Assembly (NCBI RefSeq): GCF_000011805.1
Contig: NC_006840.2
DNA from: Aliivibrio fischeri ES114
Lineage (GTDB): Bacteria > Pseudomonadota > Gammaproteobacteria > Enterobacterales > Vibrionaceae
DNA length: 32,000 nt
Direction: 5' to 3' (one strand)
The notes beneath the pieces were generated by a model. That model did no database searches and had not been told where the DNA came from. It worked only from the letters and a program-made list of their open reading frames with translations. Both the position numbers and the translations under genes were made by a program. Within the stretch, counting starts at the first letter, position 1. Each line of letters opens with the position of its first letter. Shown here one piece after another: positions 21,545 through 29,289 of this stretch.

Positions 21545-21562
21545 AAGTTCGATTATTTCTAT

Positions 21563-23590
21563 TTATCTAGCGCGTTTGTTTTGTACTAATAACGCTTCAA
21601 TCTCATGTTTTGGTTGAGGTTTGTAGAAATGGAACCCTTGAATGGAATCACAATTTAGGCTTGATAATAGCATTGCTTGTTGTCTTGTTTCGACACCTTC
21701 AGCAACGATATCCATGTTTAAATTTTTACCTAAATTAATTACGTTTTCTATGATCGTAATTTGCTTAGGTAATGTGTCGATTTCATTAATAAACCCACGA
21801 TCGATTTTTAACTCATCTAATGGGAAGCGAGCAAGATAAGCTAAAGAAGAGTAACCCGTACCAAAGTCATCAATTGATAAGGTAAAACCAAGCTTCTTTA
21901 TTGCATCTAACATTTGGATAGCGTGCTCGCCATCACTCATTACCGCACTTTCAGTTAATTCTAACGTGATACAGTTAGGATCAACTTGTGTCGTTTTAAG
22001 AAGTCGTTCCATGTACTCAATTAATTGAGGATTACCAAATTGCTCTGGGGATAAGTTAATGGCAATACGACCAGGTAAAATCCCTTGATTCTTCCATTCC
22101 TTAACGGTTTGGAAAACCTCACGCATCACAACTTTGCCTAGTGTTTCAATTAGACCTGAACGTTCAGCAACAGGGATGAAGCGAGCAGGACTGATGTAAC
22201 CTTCAACAGGATGCTTCCATCGAACAAGGGCTTCTGCGCCATTAATTCTAAAATCACGAGCACTTACTTTTGGTTGGTACCATACTTCAAGCCCATTATT
22301 TTGAAGTGCTTTTTGTAATTCGATCTCTAACCAAAGACGCATGCGTGCTTCTTTGTTCATTTGGTCATGAAATTTAATTAAACGGTTTCTGCCTCGATCC
22401 TTTGCTTCATACATGGCGGTATCAGCATTTTGTAGCAAACTACGAGCGTCGCTGCCGTCAGCTGGATATTGGACACTACCAATGGAGCAAGCAAGACGTT
22501 TTGAAAAGTGAACAAGATCGAATGGTTGGTTGATTAAACTGATGATCTTTTCAGATAATTGCTCAAGAACTTGGTTGTGTTCTGGTTTTGGAAATAGTAT
22601 TCCAAATTCATCGCCACCTAAATGGCCAACAACAGCGTGTTTTGGCAGTAATTTCTGTAAGCGATTGGAGATCTCTTTTAAAACACGATCTCCAATATGA
22701 TGACCAAGTGAATCATTAATATTCTTGAAGTTATCAATATCTAAATAAAGCATGAAAAAAGGAATGTCTTCCTTAATCATCTTTTCTATAACATGGGTAA
22801 AACCGTGGCGATTGTAAATCCCAGTCAATAGATCAACTTGAGAAGCGGCAATATGGTTGCTCATTGCAATTTGCTTCTTGTTTTCTTTTAAAATAACAAG
22901 ATGAGCAGGGCTTCCTAATATGTGAGTTTCTTCAACCGTTAATATTAATTCGGCACGAAGAGAGCAATTCGCCGTTGTTCTAACGGTTAACTGTTGTTCA
23001 GAAGGTAAGCTTGAAATTAATTCTGATAAGCATTGAGTGCGAGAAGGGGAATGTAAAAGTTGCTCAATACTTTCGCCAATAAATTCTGTTGGATTGTTGA
23101 ACCCAAGCATTTTAGCTGACGCTCCGTTTGCAGAGACAATAATATCTCCTTCAATTAAAAAGACGGAGTCACTTAATAGCTCTGTGAGTTTGTGGTACTT
23201 AGATTCACTTTCTTTTAGAGAGTTGAGAAGTTGTTGGCGTTCTGAAGTGTCGACAGCGTGAAATACAATATAAGTCGTATCTTCTTCATGAATAGGGAAG
23301 AGACTAAAATGTAGACTGGTATCAAATCGATGATCATCTAGCGTAATTTCCGCTTCAATTTTTTCACCGTTTAGAGCTCTGTCATAATAGGCTTTTAATG
23401 ATGAGTAAAAATGTTTGCCTAAAATTTCAGAATCGCTTCGGCCACAAAGAGATTCACGGTTTAATCCACTAAGTTCACAGTAACGGTTGTTTACTGTTAT
23501 GTATTTATGGTCTTTGTCCAAAATAGCAAACAGAAATGGACTGTTATCTGTAAGCAAAGGAAGCCAATGTTGTATTTGAGAAAGAGACAT
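21563..23590 (-). CDS. PAS-PAS-GGDEF-EAL cyclic-di-GMP signalling protein (RocS-like by position)
   Basis: 675 aa. Two N-terminal PAS-like segments. Intact GGDEF (HLGGDEFGILF, DIDNFKNINDSLGH) with no RxxD I-site upstream. Intact EAL set (EALVRW, ELTES, DDFGTGYSSL, KIDRGF, AEGVET, QGFHFYKP). From memory, V. cholerae rocS (VC0653) occupies the same slot next to the U32 genes. Confidence 0.88.
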   Translation of the reverse strand: MSLSQIQHWLPLLTDNSPFLFAILDKDHKYITVNNRYCELSGLNRESLCGRSDSEILGKHFYSSLKAYYDRALNGEKIEAEITLDDHRFDTSLHFSLFPIHEEDTTYIVFHAVDTSERQQLLNSLKESESKYHKLTELLSDSVFLIEGDIIVSANGASAKMLGFNNPTEFIGESIEQLLHSPSRTQCLSELISSLPSEQQLTVRTTANCSLRAELILTVEETHILGSPAHLVILKENKKQIAMSNHIAASQVDLLTGIYNRHGFTHVIEKMIKEDIPFFMLYLDIDNFKNINDSLGHHIGDRVLKEISNRLQKLLPKHAVVGHLGGDEFGILFPKPEHNQVLEQLSEKIISLINQPFDLVHFSKRLACSIGSVQYPADGSDARSLLQNADTAMYEAKDRGRNRLIKFHDQMNKEARMRLWLEIELQKALQNNGLEVWYQPKVSARDFRINGAEALVRWKHPVEGYISPARFIPVAERSGLIETLGKVVMREVFQTVKEWKNQGILPGRIAINLSPEQFGNPQLIEYMERLLKTTQVDPNCITLELTESAVMSDGEHAIQMLDAIKKLGFTLSIDDFGTGYSSLAYLARFPLDELKIDRGFINEIDTLPKQITIIENVINLGKNLNMDIVAEGVETRQQAMLLSSLNCDSIQGFHFYKPQPKHEIEALLVQNKRAR

Positions 23591-23717
23591 AGTGTTACCG
23601 CTTTAGTAAAGAAGACCAATAACTTCCAGAGATATAATGTTTATTTATAAGACGAACAGTAAAATATACATTGAAAGAATCCCTATTTTCTACCTTTAAT
23701 CGTAATAAGTGCTTTTT

Positions 23718-23731
23718 TTGATAATAAACAG
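23718..23731 (+). promoter_or_regulatory. Candidate FNR box upstream of ubiT
   Basis: TTGAT-AATA-AACAG matches the TTGAT-N4-ATCAA consensus at 8 of 10 positions. Its centre (23724.5) is 41.5 bp upstream of the start site predicted from the TATACT -10 at 23754..23759. Confidence 0.3.
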
Positions 23732-23779
23732 GTTAGATATCACTCTATCAATTTATACTTGCCTCTAGTTATCGACCAA

Positions 23780-24316
23780 ATGTTATGGAAATTAAGTGTG
23801 ATTAATCAAATTCGTTCGAAATTAGTAGAAAATGCGGCCTCTGTTTTAAAAACTCCTGCAAAGTTAGTTCCTGTTTCAATCCAACAGAAGATGTTACTCG
23901 AAGGATTAAAACAAGTTTTTCATGAAGCGCTAGAAGATGGTGATTTTGAGTTTTTAGAAGATAAATGGCTAAAAGTTTCGATTCTTGATCTCGAATTAGA
24001 GTGGTTTATCAGCTATCAAGATGCAAAACTGGTAGTCTCGAATAAAACAGAAAATGATGATGTGAGTTTCAGTGGGCAGTTAAATGATTTAATTTTAATT
24101 GCAGGCCGAAAAGAAGATCCTGATACTCTGTTTTTTCAACGTCGCCTAAAAATTGAAGGCGACACAGAGCTTGGTTTGGAAGTGAAAAACTTAATGGATA
24201 GCGTAGATCTTGACTCGTTACCAAAGCCTTTAAATCAAGCATTAATGACGTTGGCAAACTTTGTACAGCAAGGTTTGCAGAAACCTGAAGTTAAAGAGAC
24301 CATGAATGCTTATTAG
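23780..24316 (+). CDS. ubiT: SCP2-domain ubiquinone-pathway accessory protein UbiT (YhbT)
   Basis: ...EALEDGDFEFLEDKWLKVSILDLELEWF...DPDTLFFQRRLKIEGDTELGLEVKNLMD is colinear with E. coli YhbT. The start is uncertain: TTG 23759 (track), ATG 23780 (chosen) or GTG 23798. Confidence 0.8.
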   Translation: MLWKLSVINQIRSKLVENAASVLKTPAKLVPVSIQQKMLLEGLKQVFHEALEDGDFEFLEDKWLKVSILDLELEWFISYQDAKLVVSNKTENDDVSFSGQLNDLILIAGRKEDPDTLFFQRRLKIEGDTELGLEVKNLMDSVDLDSLPKPLNQALMTLANFVQQGLQKPEVKETMNAY

Positions 24317-24809
24317 AACTGAAGCTCCAGCTGATATTCTGACGGTTGACCGTTTAGTTCGCTCTGCATTTGATACTGAAGCAGAAGCGAAATTAGTGAT
24401 GTCTTTGCGTGAAAACAGCCATTTAACACTTGCTTTAGTCGCATGTAGTGACGATGGTGAAGTGATTGGTCACTGTTTATTTAGTCCTGTTACATTGAAT
24501 GGCGACGATTTAAACTGGCAAGGATTAGCTCCTTTATGTGTAAAAAAAGAGCACCAAAAACAGGGTATAGCTGAAGCATTAGTAAAAGAAGGTTTAGAGA
24601 TGCTGACTGAACTGGGCTATCCAGTTGTTGTCGTATTAGGAGATTCAAATTATTACCAACGTTTTGGTTTTGAATCAGCAACGAATTACGATATGCACTC
24701 TAAATGGGAAGTCCCTGAAGGGGCTTTTATGATTAAAGCCTGCTCTTCTGAATTTCTTGAAGGAAGATCAGGATTAATCGAATATTGTCCTGAATTTGAT
24801 GTATTGTAA
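24306..24809 (+). CDS. yhbS: GNAT-family N-acetyltransferase YhbS
   Basis: 167 aa. MLIRTEAPADI...AEAKLV...LTLALVA...QKQGIAEALV...QRFGFE is colinear with E. coli YhbS. Overlaps ubiT by 11 nt. Confidence 0.8.
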   Translation: MLIRTEAPADILTVDRLVRSAFDTEAEAKLVMSLRENSHLTLALVACSDDGEVIGHCLFSPVTLNGDDLNWQGLAPLCVKKEHQKQGIAEALVKEGLEMLTELGYPVVVVLGDSNYYQRFGFESATNYDMHSKWEVPEGAFMIKACSSEFLEGRSGLIEYCPEFDVL

Positions 24810-24816
24810 TAGACGA

Positions 24817-24853
24817 AAAGAATGCTCATCTTGCTATGAGCATTCTATTTTTA
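24817..24853. terminator. Bidirectional terminator between yhbS and the convergent orphan gene
   Basis: AGAATGCTCAT (24819..24829) and ATGAGCATTCT (24836..24846) form a perfect 11-bp stem, flanked by an A-run and ATTTTTATT. Confidence 0.75.
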
Positions 24854-24864
24854 TTGGCAATTAG

Positions 24865-25332
24865 TTAGCGCTTTAATCCCCATATTTCCACTTTTGCTTT
24901 TTTCACTACACCTGCGGCATTCAGCGTCAAATTTCCCCAGCTTTTATATTGTAATTCTAGGAAATCAAATTTGGATTTATCCGTTCCTGGTAATTTATAG
25001 GTCCGAGTGCTCATCCCTTTTGTCAGTGTGCCCATTGTTTTTAATTGCTTTGTTGAGCCATCGGTCATGGTTACTTTCATGCTTTTTATACTGACAGTAC
25101 CTTGCACACATTTTATTTTTATCTTTGAAAATTTACGTTCACTCAGAAAAGGTAATGGTTCTACTTTATCTTCTTCTTGTTCAAAATTAACGGTTTTATC
25201 GCTAATAAGTACCCAATCACCATTATCTTTCGCATAAGTCGTATTGGTTGAGGCGATATTAATAAGTAAAACGAGAGCCATTGTTGAAAAAATAGAGGAG
25301 ATAGTTGCAGTTGTAATTAATCGCTTTTTCAT
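24865..25332 (-). CDS. Hypothetical exported protein (signal peptide; family not recognised)
   Basis: 155 aa. N-terminal MKKR, then a hydrophobic core and TYA-KD, which looks like a Sec signal peptide. The mature part is Lys/Thr-rich with alternating beta-strand-like patterns. No clear Shine-Dalgarno sequence. Confidence 0.6.
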   Translation of the reverse strand: MKKRLITTATISSIFSTMALVLLINIASTNTTYAKDNGDWVLISDKTVNFEQEEDKVEPLPFLSERKFSKIKIKCVQGTVSIKSMKVTMTDGSTKQLKTMGTLTKGMSTRTYKLPGTDKSKFDFLELQYKSWGNLTLNAAGVVKKAKVEIWGLKR

Positions 25333-25541
25333 TAGTCACAGTCTTAATACAAAAATAGGGGCTAAAGTATTGAATGGTAATATTGATGAAGTCAGTATTA
25401 AGTTAAAATATCGGTTTGTATAATATTTGAGACGAGAGGCTTTGTTATATTGTTAGGGATTATGTGCTCTCAGTGTGTATCAGTAGCATCAAATCTAGAA
25501 TATTGATAAGATTCTCCACCTTAGATAAGTAGGTGAATGAT

Positions 25542-25943
25542 ATGCCCCAGCAAGCGTTACAGTTTTTAAATGAGATGGATATTTCGGTTTGGCAAGTTCG
25601 TCAAACAAGCTATTTCCCGGCATTAGAAAACACAACATTATCGTTACCTGAAACTTGTCAGTTATTATTTGTAGCTCCTGCTATACCGACAGAGCGTGAT
25701 GCTTTTCTATTTGGAAAAGTGCTTGCTAGCATGAAGCTGTCACCTGAGCAGGCGTTATTTCTTTCTTCTGAGTCATTAGAATATATTGGGGAGCATCATT
25801 TAGATTGGTGCTGGTTCTCTGGGGTATCTACCACAGAGCTAGAAGGCGTTAAAATATTAACCTCTCCTTTATTGTCAGAGATGCATTCTAATACTCAATC
25901 ACGACGTGATTTATGGCGACAAATTTGTTCTTATGACAATTAA
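25542..25943 (+). CDS. holD: DNA polymerase III subunit psi
   Basis: MPQQALQFLNEMDISVWQVR...RRDLWRQICSYDN resembles E. coli HolD (QLGITQWSLR...RAALWQQICTYEHD). The ATG at 25542 follows AGGTGA. Followed by rimI, as in E. coli. Confidence 0.82.
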   Translation: MPQQALQFLNEMDISVWQVRQTSYFPALENTTLSLPETCQLLFVAPAIPTERDAFLFGKVLASMKLSPEQALFLSSESLEYIGEHHLDWCWFSGVSTTELEGVKILTSPLLSEMHSNTQSRRDLWRQICSYDN

Positions 25944-26379
25944 AATTCAAACAACGTCTGAATCTCATTTAGATGATATTTGGCGAATAGAAAGAGCAGC
26001 TCATTCACACCCTTGGGCTGAATCTATGATCAGAGAGCTTGATAGTCGTTGTGCTCAGCATCGAGTCATGTTAGTTGATGAGCAAGTCGTGGGTTACTTT
26101 TATGCTCAAAATGTTGTTGGCGAAGTAACTTTATTGAATATTGCGATAGATCCTGCTCATCAAGGTAAAGGATTCGGCCGTAAGTTAACTGAATTTTTTA
26201 TTGATATGTGTATGGAACAAAAAGCTGAATCAGCATGGCTCGAAGTTCGAGAAAGTAATACTAAAGCTATCTCATTATATGAGTCAGAAGGGTTTAATGA
26301 AGTGACTCGCCGTCATGATTATTACCCAACAAATAATGGCAAAGAAGACGCTATTATTATGAGCTTTATATTTTTCTAA
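25933..26379 (+). CDS. rimI: Ribosomal protein S18 alanine N-acetyltransferase RimI
   Basis: HPWAESM..., LLNIAIDPAHQGKGFGRKL, WLEVRESNTKAISLYESEGFNEV..YYP..GKEDAIIM is colinear with E. coli RimI. The ATG at 25933 overlaps the holD end by 11 nt. The track start at 25906 is probably too early. Confidence 0.85.
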   Translation: MTIKIQTTSESHLDDIWRIERAAHSHPWAESMIRELDSRCAQHRVMLVDEQVVGYFYAQNVVGEVTLLNIAIDPAHQGKGFGRKLTEFFIDMCMEQKAESAWLEVRESNTKAISLYESEGFNEVTRRHDYYPTNNGKEDAIIMSFIFF

Positions 26380-26475
26380 ATTCCTTACTTTAGATAAGAG
26401 GCGAGTTTGCGTATAATCTCGCCTAATTATTACATGTTCTATCCTTTCTGAAATCTTACAGGATTATCAACGCTT

Positions 26476-28056
26476 ATGTCTTTTTTACAAGAAGTGGGTA
26501 AACGCAGAACGTTTGCCATCATTTCTCACCCGGATGCGGGTAAAACAACCATTACTGAAAAAGTATTATTATTCGGAAACGCGATTCAAAAAGCGGGTAC
26601 CGTAAAAGGTCGTGGTTCAAACCAGCACGCAAAATCAGACTGGATGGAAATGGAAAAAGAACGTGGTATCTCTGTTACTACGTCAGTAATGCAATTCCCA
26701 TTCAACGATTGCTTAGTTAACTTACTTGATACTCCTGGACACGAAGATTTCTCGGAAGATACTTATCGTACATTAACTGCTGTTGACTCATGCCTAATGG
26801 TAATTGATGCAGCAAAAGGTGTCGAAGACCGTACTCGTAAATTAATGGAAGTGACACGTCTACGTGATACGCCAATCGTAACCTTCATGAACAAATTAGA
26901 CCGTGAAGTTCGTGACCCAATGGAAGTGCTTGATGAAGTAGAAAGCGAGTTAGGTATGGCTTGTGCACCTATTTCATGGCCTATTGGTTGTGGTAAAGAG
27001 TTTAAAGGTGTTTACCATATTCACCGTGACGAAACGATTTTATATGAATCAGGTCATGGTCATGAAATCCAAGAAGTTCGTACGATCAAAGGTCTTGATA
27101 ACCCTGAACTGGATGCAACAGTTGGTGCAGATTTGGCTGAAAGTGTTCGTGAAGAGTTAGAACTTGTTATGGGCGCATGTCCTGAGTTTGATCATGAGCT
27201 TTTCCTAGCTGGTGAGCTAACGCCAGTGTACTTTGGTACTGCTCTTGGTAACTTTGGTGTTGACCATATGCTAGAAGGCTTAACGGATTGGGCTCCTGCG
27301 CCACAAACTCGTCAAGCAAATGAGCGTGATGTTGTTGCAACAGAAGATAAGTTCTCAGGCTTTGTTTTTAAGATCCAAGCAAACATGGATCCTAAACACC
27401 GCGACCGTATTGCCTTTATGCGTATTGTATCTGGTACATACACTCAAGGCATGAAGATGAACCATGTTCGTACAGGCAAAAACGTCAGTATTTCTGATGC
27501 GGTAACCTTTATGGCGGGTGACCGTTCACGTGCTGAAACGGCTTATGCTGGTGACATTATCGGCCTACATAACCATGGTACTATTCAAATTGGTGATACG
27601 TTTACTCAAGGTGAAAGCTTGAAGTTCTCAGGTATTCCTAACTTTGCACCAGAATTGTTCCGTCGTATCCGTTTAAAAGATCCTCTAAAGCAAAAACAAT
27701 TGCTTAAAGGTCTAGTTCAATTATCTGAAGAAGGTGCGGTACAAGTATTCCGTCCACTGCAAAACAACGATCTTATTGTTGGTGCGGTTGGTGTTCTTCA
27801 GTTCGACGTAGTTGTTGCTCGTCTTAAAGCAGAATACAACGTTGAAGCCATCTATGAAGGTGTAAGTGTTGCAACGGCTCGTTGGGTTGATTGTGCAGAT
27901 GGTAAGAAGATGGATGAGTTCCAACGTAAGAACCAAGCTAACTTGGCGCTTGATGGTGGTGACAACCTAACTTACATCGCACCGACAATGGTTAATCTAA
28001 ACCTTGCTTCTGAACGTTTCCCTGATGTTCAATTTAGAGCGACGCGTGAGCACTAA
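26476..28056 (+). CDS. prfC: Peptide chain release factor 3
   Basis: 526 aa. [38 protein letters not shown]. Colinear with E. coli RF3 through to the C-terminal TREH. Confidence 0.97.
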   Translation: MSFLQEVGKRRTFAIISHPDAGKTTITEKVLLFGNAIQKAGTVKGRGSNQHAKSDWMEMEKERGISVTTSVMQFPFNDCLVNLLDTPGHEDFSEDTYRTLTAVDSCLMVIDAAKGVEDRTRKLMEVTRLRDTPIVTFMNKLDREVRDPMEVLDEVESELGMACAPISWPIGCGKEFKGVYHIHRDETILYESGHGHEIQEVRTIKGLDNPELDATVGADLAESVREELELVMGACPEFDHELFLAGELTPVYFGTALGNFGVDHMLEGLTDWAPAPQTRQANERDVVATEDKFSGFVFKIQANMDPKHRDRIAFMRIVSGTYTQGMKMNHVRTGKNVSISDAVTFMAGDRSRAETAYAGDIIGLHNHGTIQIGDTFTQGESLKFSGIPNFAPELFRRIRLKDPLKQKQLLKGLVQLSEEGAVQVFRPLQNNDLIVGAVGVLQFDVVVARLKAEYNVEAIYEGVSVATARWVDCADGKKMDEFQRKNQANLALDGGDNLTYIAPTMVNLNLASERFPDVQFRATREH

Positions 28057-28081
28057 TTAATCAGTTGCTTATCAAATAAAT

Positions 28082-28111
28082 AAAAACGGAGTCTTAACGG
28101 ACTCCGTTTTT
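28082..28111 (+). terminator. Rho-independent terminator after prfC
   Basis: AAAAACGGAGTC-ttaacg-GACTCCGTTTTTG. Confidence 0.8.
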
Positions 28112-28201
28112 GTATCTATAGTAATAGCAATGCACTTATACCCATCAACTCATTCAGGTTCGTATTATTCATTGATACGTTAAGTAAGAAAGGGAGCATG
28201 A

Positions 28202-28315
28202 ATGTTAACGTTAATTAAATTATGGATACGAAAGTATGATGCATGGTGTGAGTCATTAGGCTTAACACCAGAAAACAAGCGCAGTTGTGTTCCTTATAGA
28301 AAAGAAGAAGAGTAA
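28202..28315 (+). CDS. Candidate small protein (37 aa), apparently translationally coupled to the TatD/YjjV gene
   Basis: Below the ORF-track length cutoff. GGGAG at 28192..28196 sits 5 nt before the ATG at 28202. Hand translation: MLTLIKLWIRKYDAWCESLGLTPENKRSCVPYRKEEE. Its TAA (28313..28315) overlaps the downstream ATG (28315) as TAATG. Confidence 0.45.
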   Translation: MLTLIKLWIRKYDAWCESLGLTPENKRSCVPYRKEEE

Positions 28316-29091
28316 TGGTCTTTACGTTCATTGATTCACATTGTCATTTTGATTTTGACCCTTTTAAGAATAATGAAGTGTCCTACTTACAAATGGCAAA
28401 AGATAAAGGCGTTACAACGCTTGTTGTACCCAGTGTAAATCAATCAAACTGGAATCATGTGAGTAGATTGGCACATCAATTTGATGAGATTTACTACGCA
28501 TTAGGCATTCATCCACTATTTATTACTCCAAGCTATGAAAGGGAGTTAGAAAATCTAGGTGAGTTACTTGATGGAAAAAATAAAAAATGTGTAGCGATTG
28601 GTGAATGTGGATTGGATTTTTGGTATCCAGAAAGTGATATAGAAACACAGATCTCTGTTTTTCGTCAGCATTGTTTGTTGGCTAAACAGCATCAACTTCC
28701 TCTGATTGTTCACAGTCGTAAAAGTCACGATATGGTATTAAAGCTGTTGAGAGAAATTCAGCCAGAGAGAGGTGGAGTAATTCACGGGTTTAGTGGTAGC
28801 TTGCAGCAGGCCAATCAGTTCATTGACTTAGGGTTTTATATTGGTGTTGGTGGCGTGATCAGTTACGAAAGGGCAAAGAAGACTAAAATGGTTATTTCAC
28901 AGCTACCTTTAGATAAAATTATATTAGAAACTGACGCACCAGACATGCCATTATTTGGCTTTCAAGGTGAAAAAAATAGCCCTGATAAAGTACGAAATGT
29001 ATTCGAATATCTCTCTTTGATTAGAAAAGAATCAATGCAAACGATTTCGGAAACTGTTTATAAAAATACCACCTCTTTGTTTGGGATTTGA
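28315..29091 (+). CDS. yjjV: TatD-family metal-dependent hydrolase YjjV
   Basis: 258 aa. FIDSHCHFDF, GECGLDF, PLIVHSRKSHD, VIHGFSGSLQQANQFIDLGFYIGVGG, ILETDAPDMPL is colinear with E. coli YjjV. Confidence 0.9.
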   Translation: MVFTFIDSHCHFDFDPFKNNEVSYLQMAKDKGVTTLVVPSVNQSNWNHVSRLAHQFDEIYYALGIHPLFITPSYERELENLGELLDGKNKKCVAIGECGLDFWYPESDIETQISVFRQHCLLAKQHQLPLIVHSRKSHDMVLKLLREIQPERGGVIHGFSGSLQQANQFIDLGFYIGVGGVISYERAKKTKMVISQLPLDKIILETDAPDMPLFGFQGEKNSPDKVRNVFEYLSLIRKESMQTISETVYKNTTSLFGI

Positions 29092-29141
29092 GTTATCAGT
29101 CATTTCTTTAGTTGTAATTGATGATTATTTAGAAACACCTT

Positions 29142-29157
29142 AGTGATAATGATCACA
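29142..29157 (+). promoter_or_regulatory. CRP binding site (distal) upstream of nupC
   Basis: aGTGA-TAATGA-TCACA matches the TGTGA-N6-TCACA consensus at 9 of 10 positions. Centre at 29149.5. Confidence 0.6.
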
Positions 29158-29193
29158 ATTATGGATGAATAAAGCATGTATCAGCCACGATTA

Positions 29194-29236
29194 TGTGACA
29201 ACAGCATTACTTTCTTTGTGGTTCAATGAGTATAAT
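29194..29236 (+). promoter_or_regulatory. Proximal CRP-like site plus -10 box of the nupC promoter
   Basis: TGTGA-CAACAG-CATTA (29194..29209, centre 29201.5) has a good left half and a weak right half. TATAAT at 29231..29236 puts this site at about -41.5 and the distal site at about -93.5. Confidence 0.45.
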
Positions 29237-29289
29237 CGCCCCCGCTAATTTGAAACACGCCAACAATAAATTTAGGGAAAACTTTAACT

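Noticed and set aside
21346-21562. FNR box expected upstream of ubiU.
   Set aside because: Only an isolated ATCAA half-site (minus strand, about 21405..21409) and a TTGAA-N5-ATCCA with the wrong spacing were seen. Neither lines up with a -10 element at -41.5.
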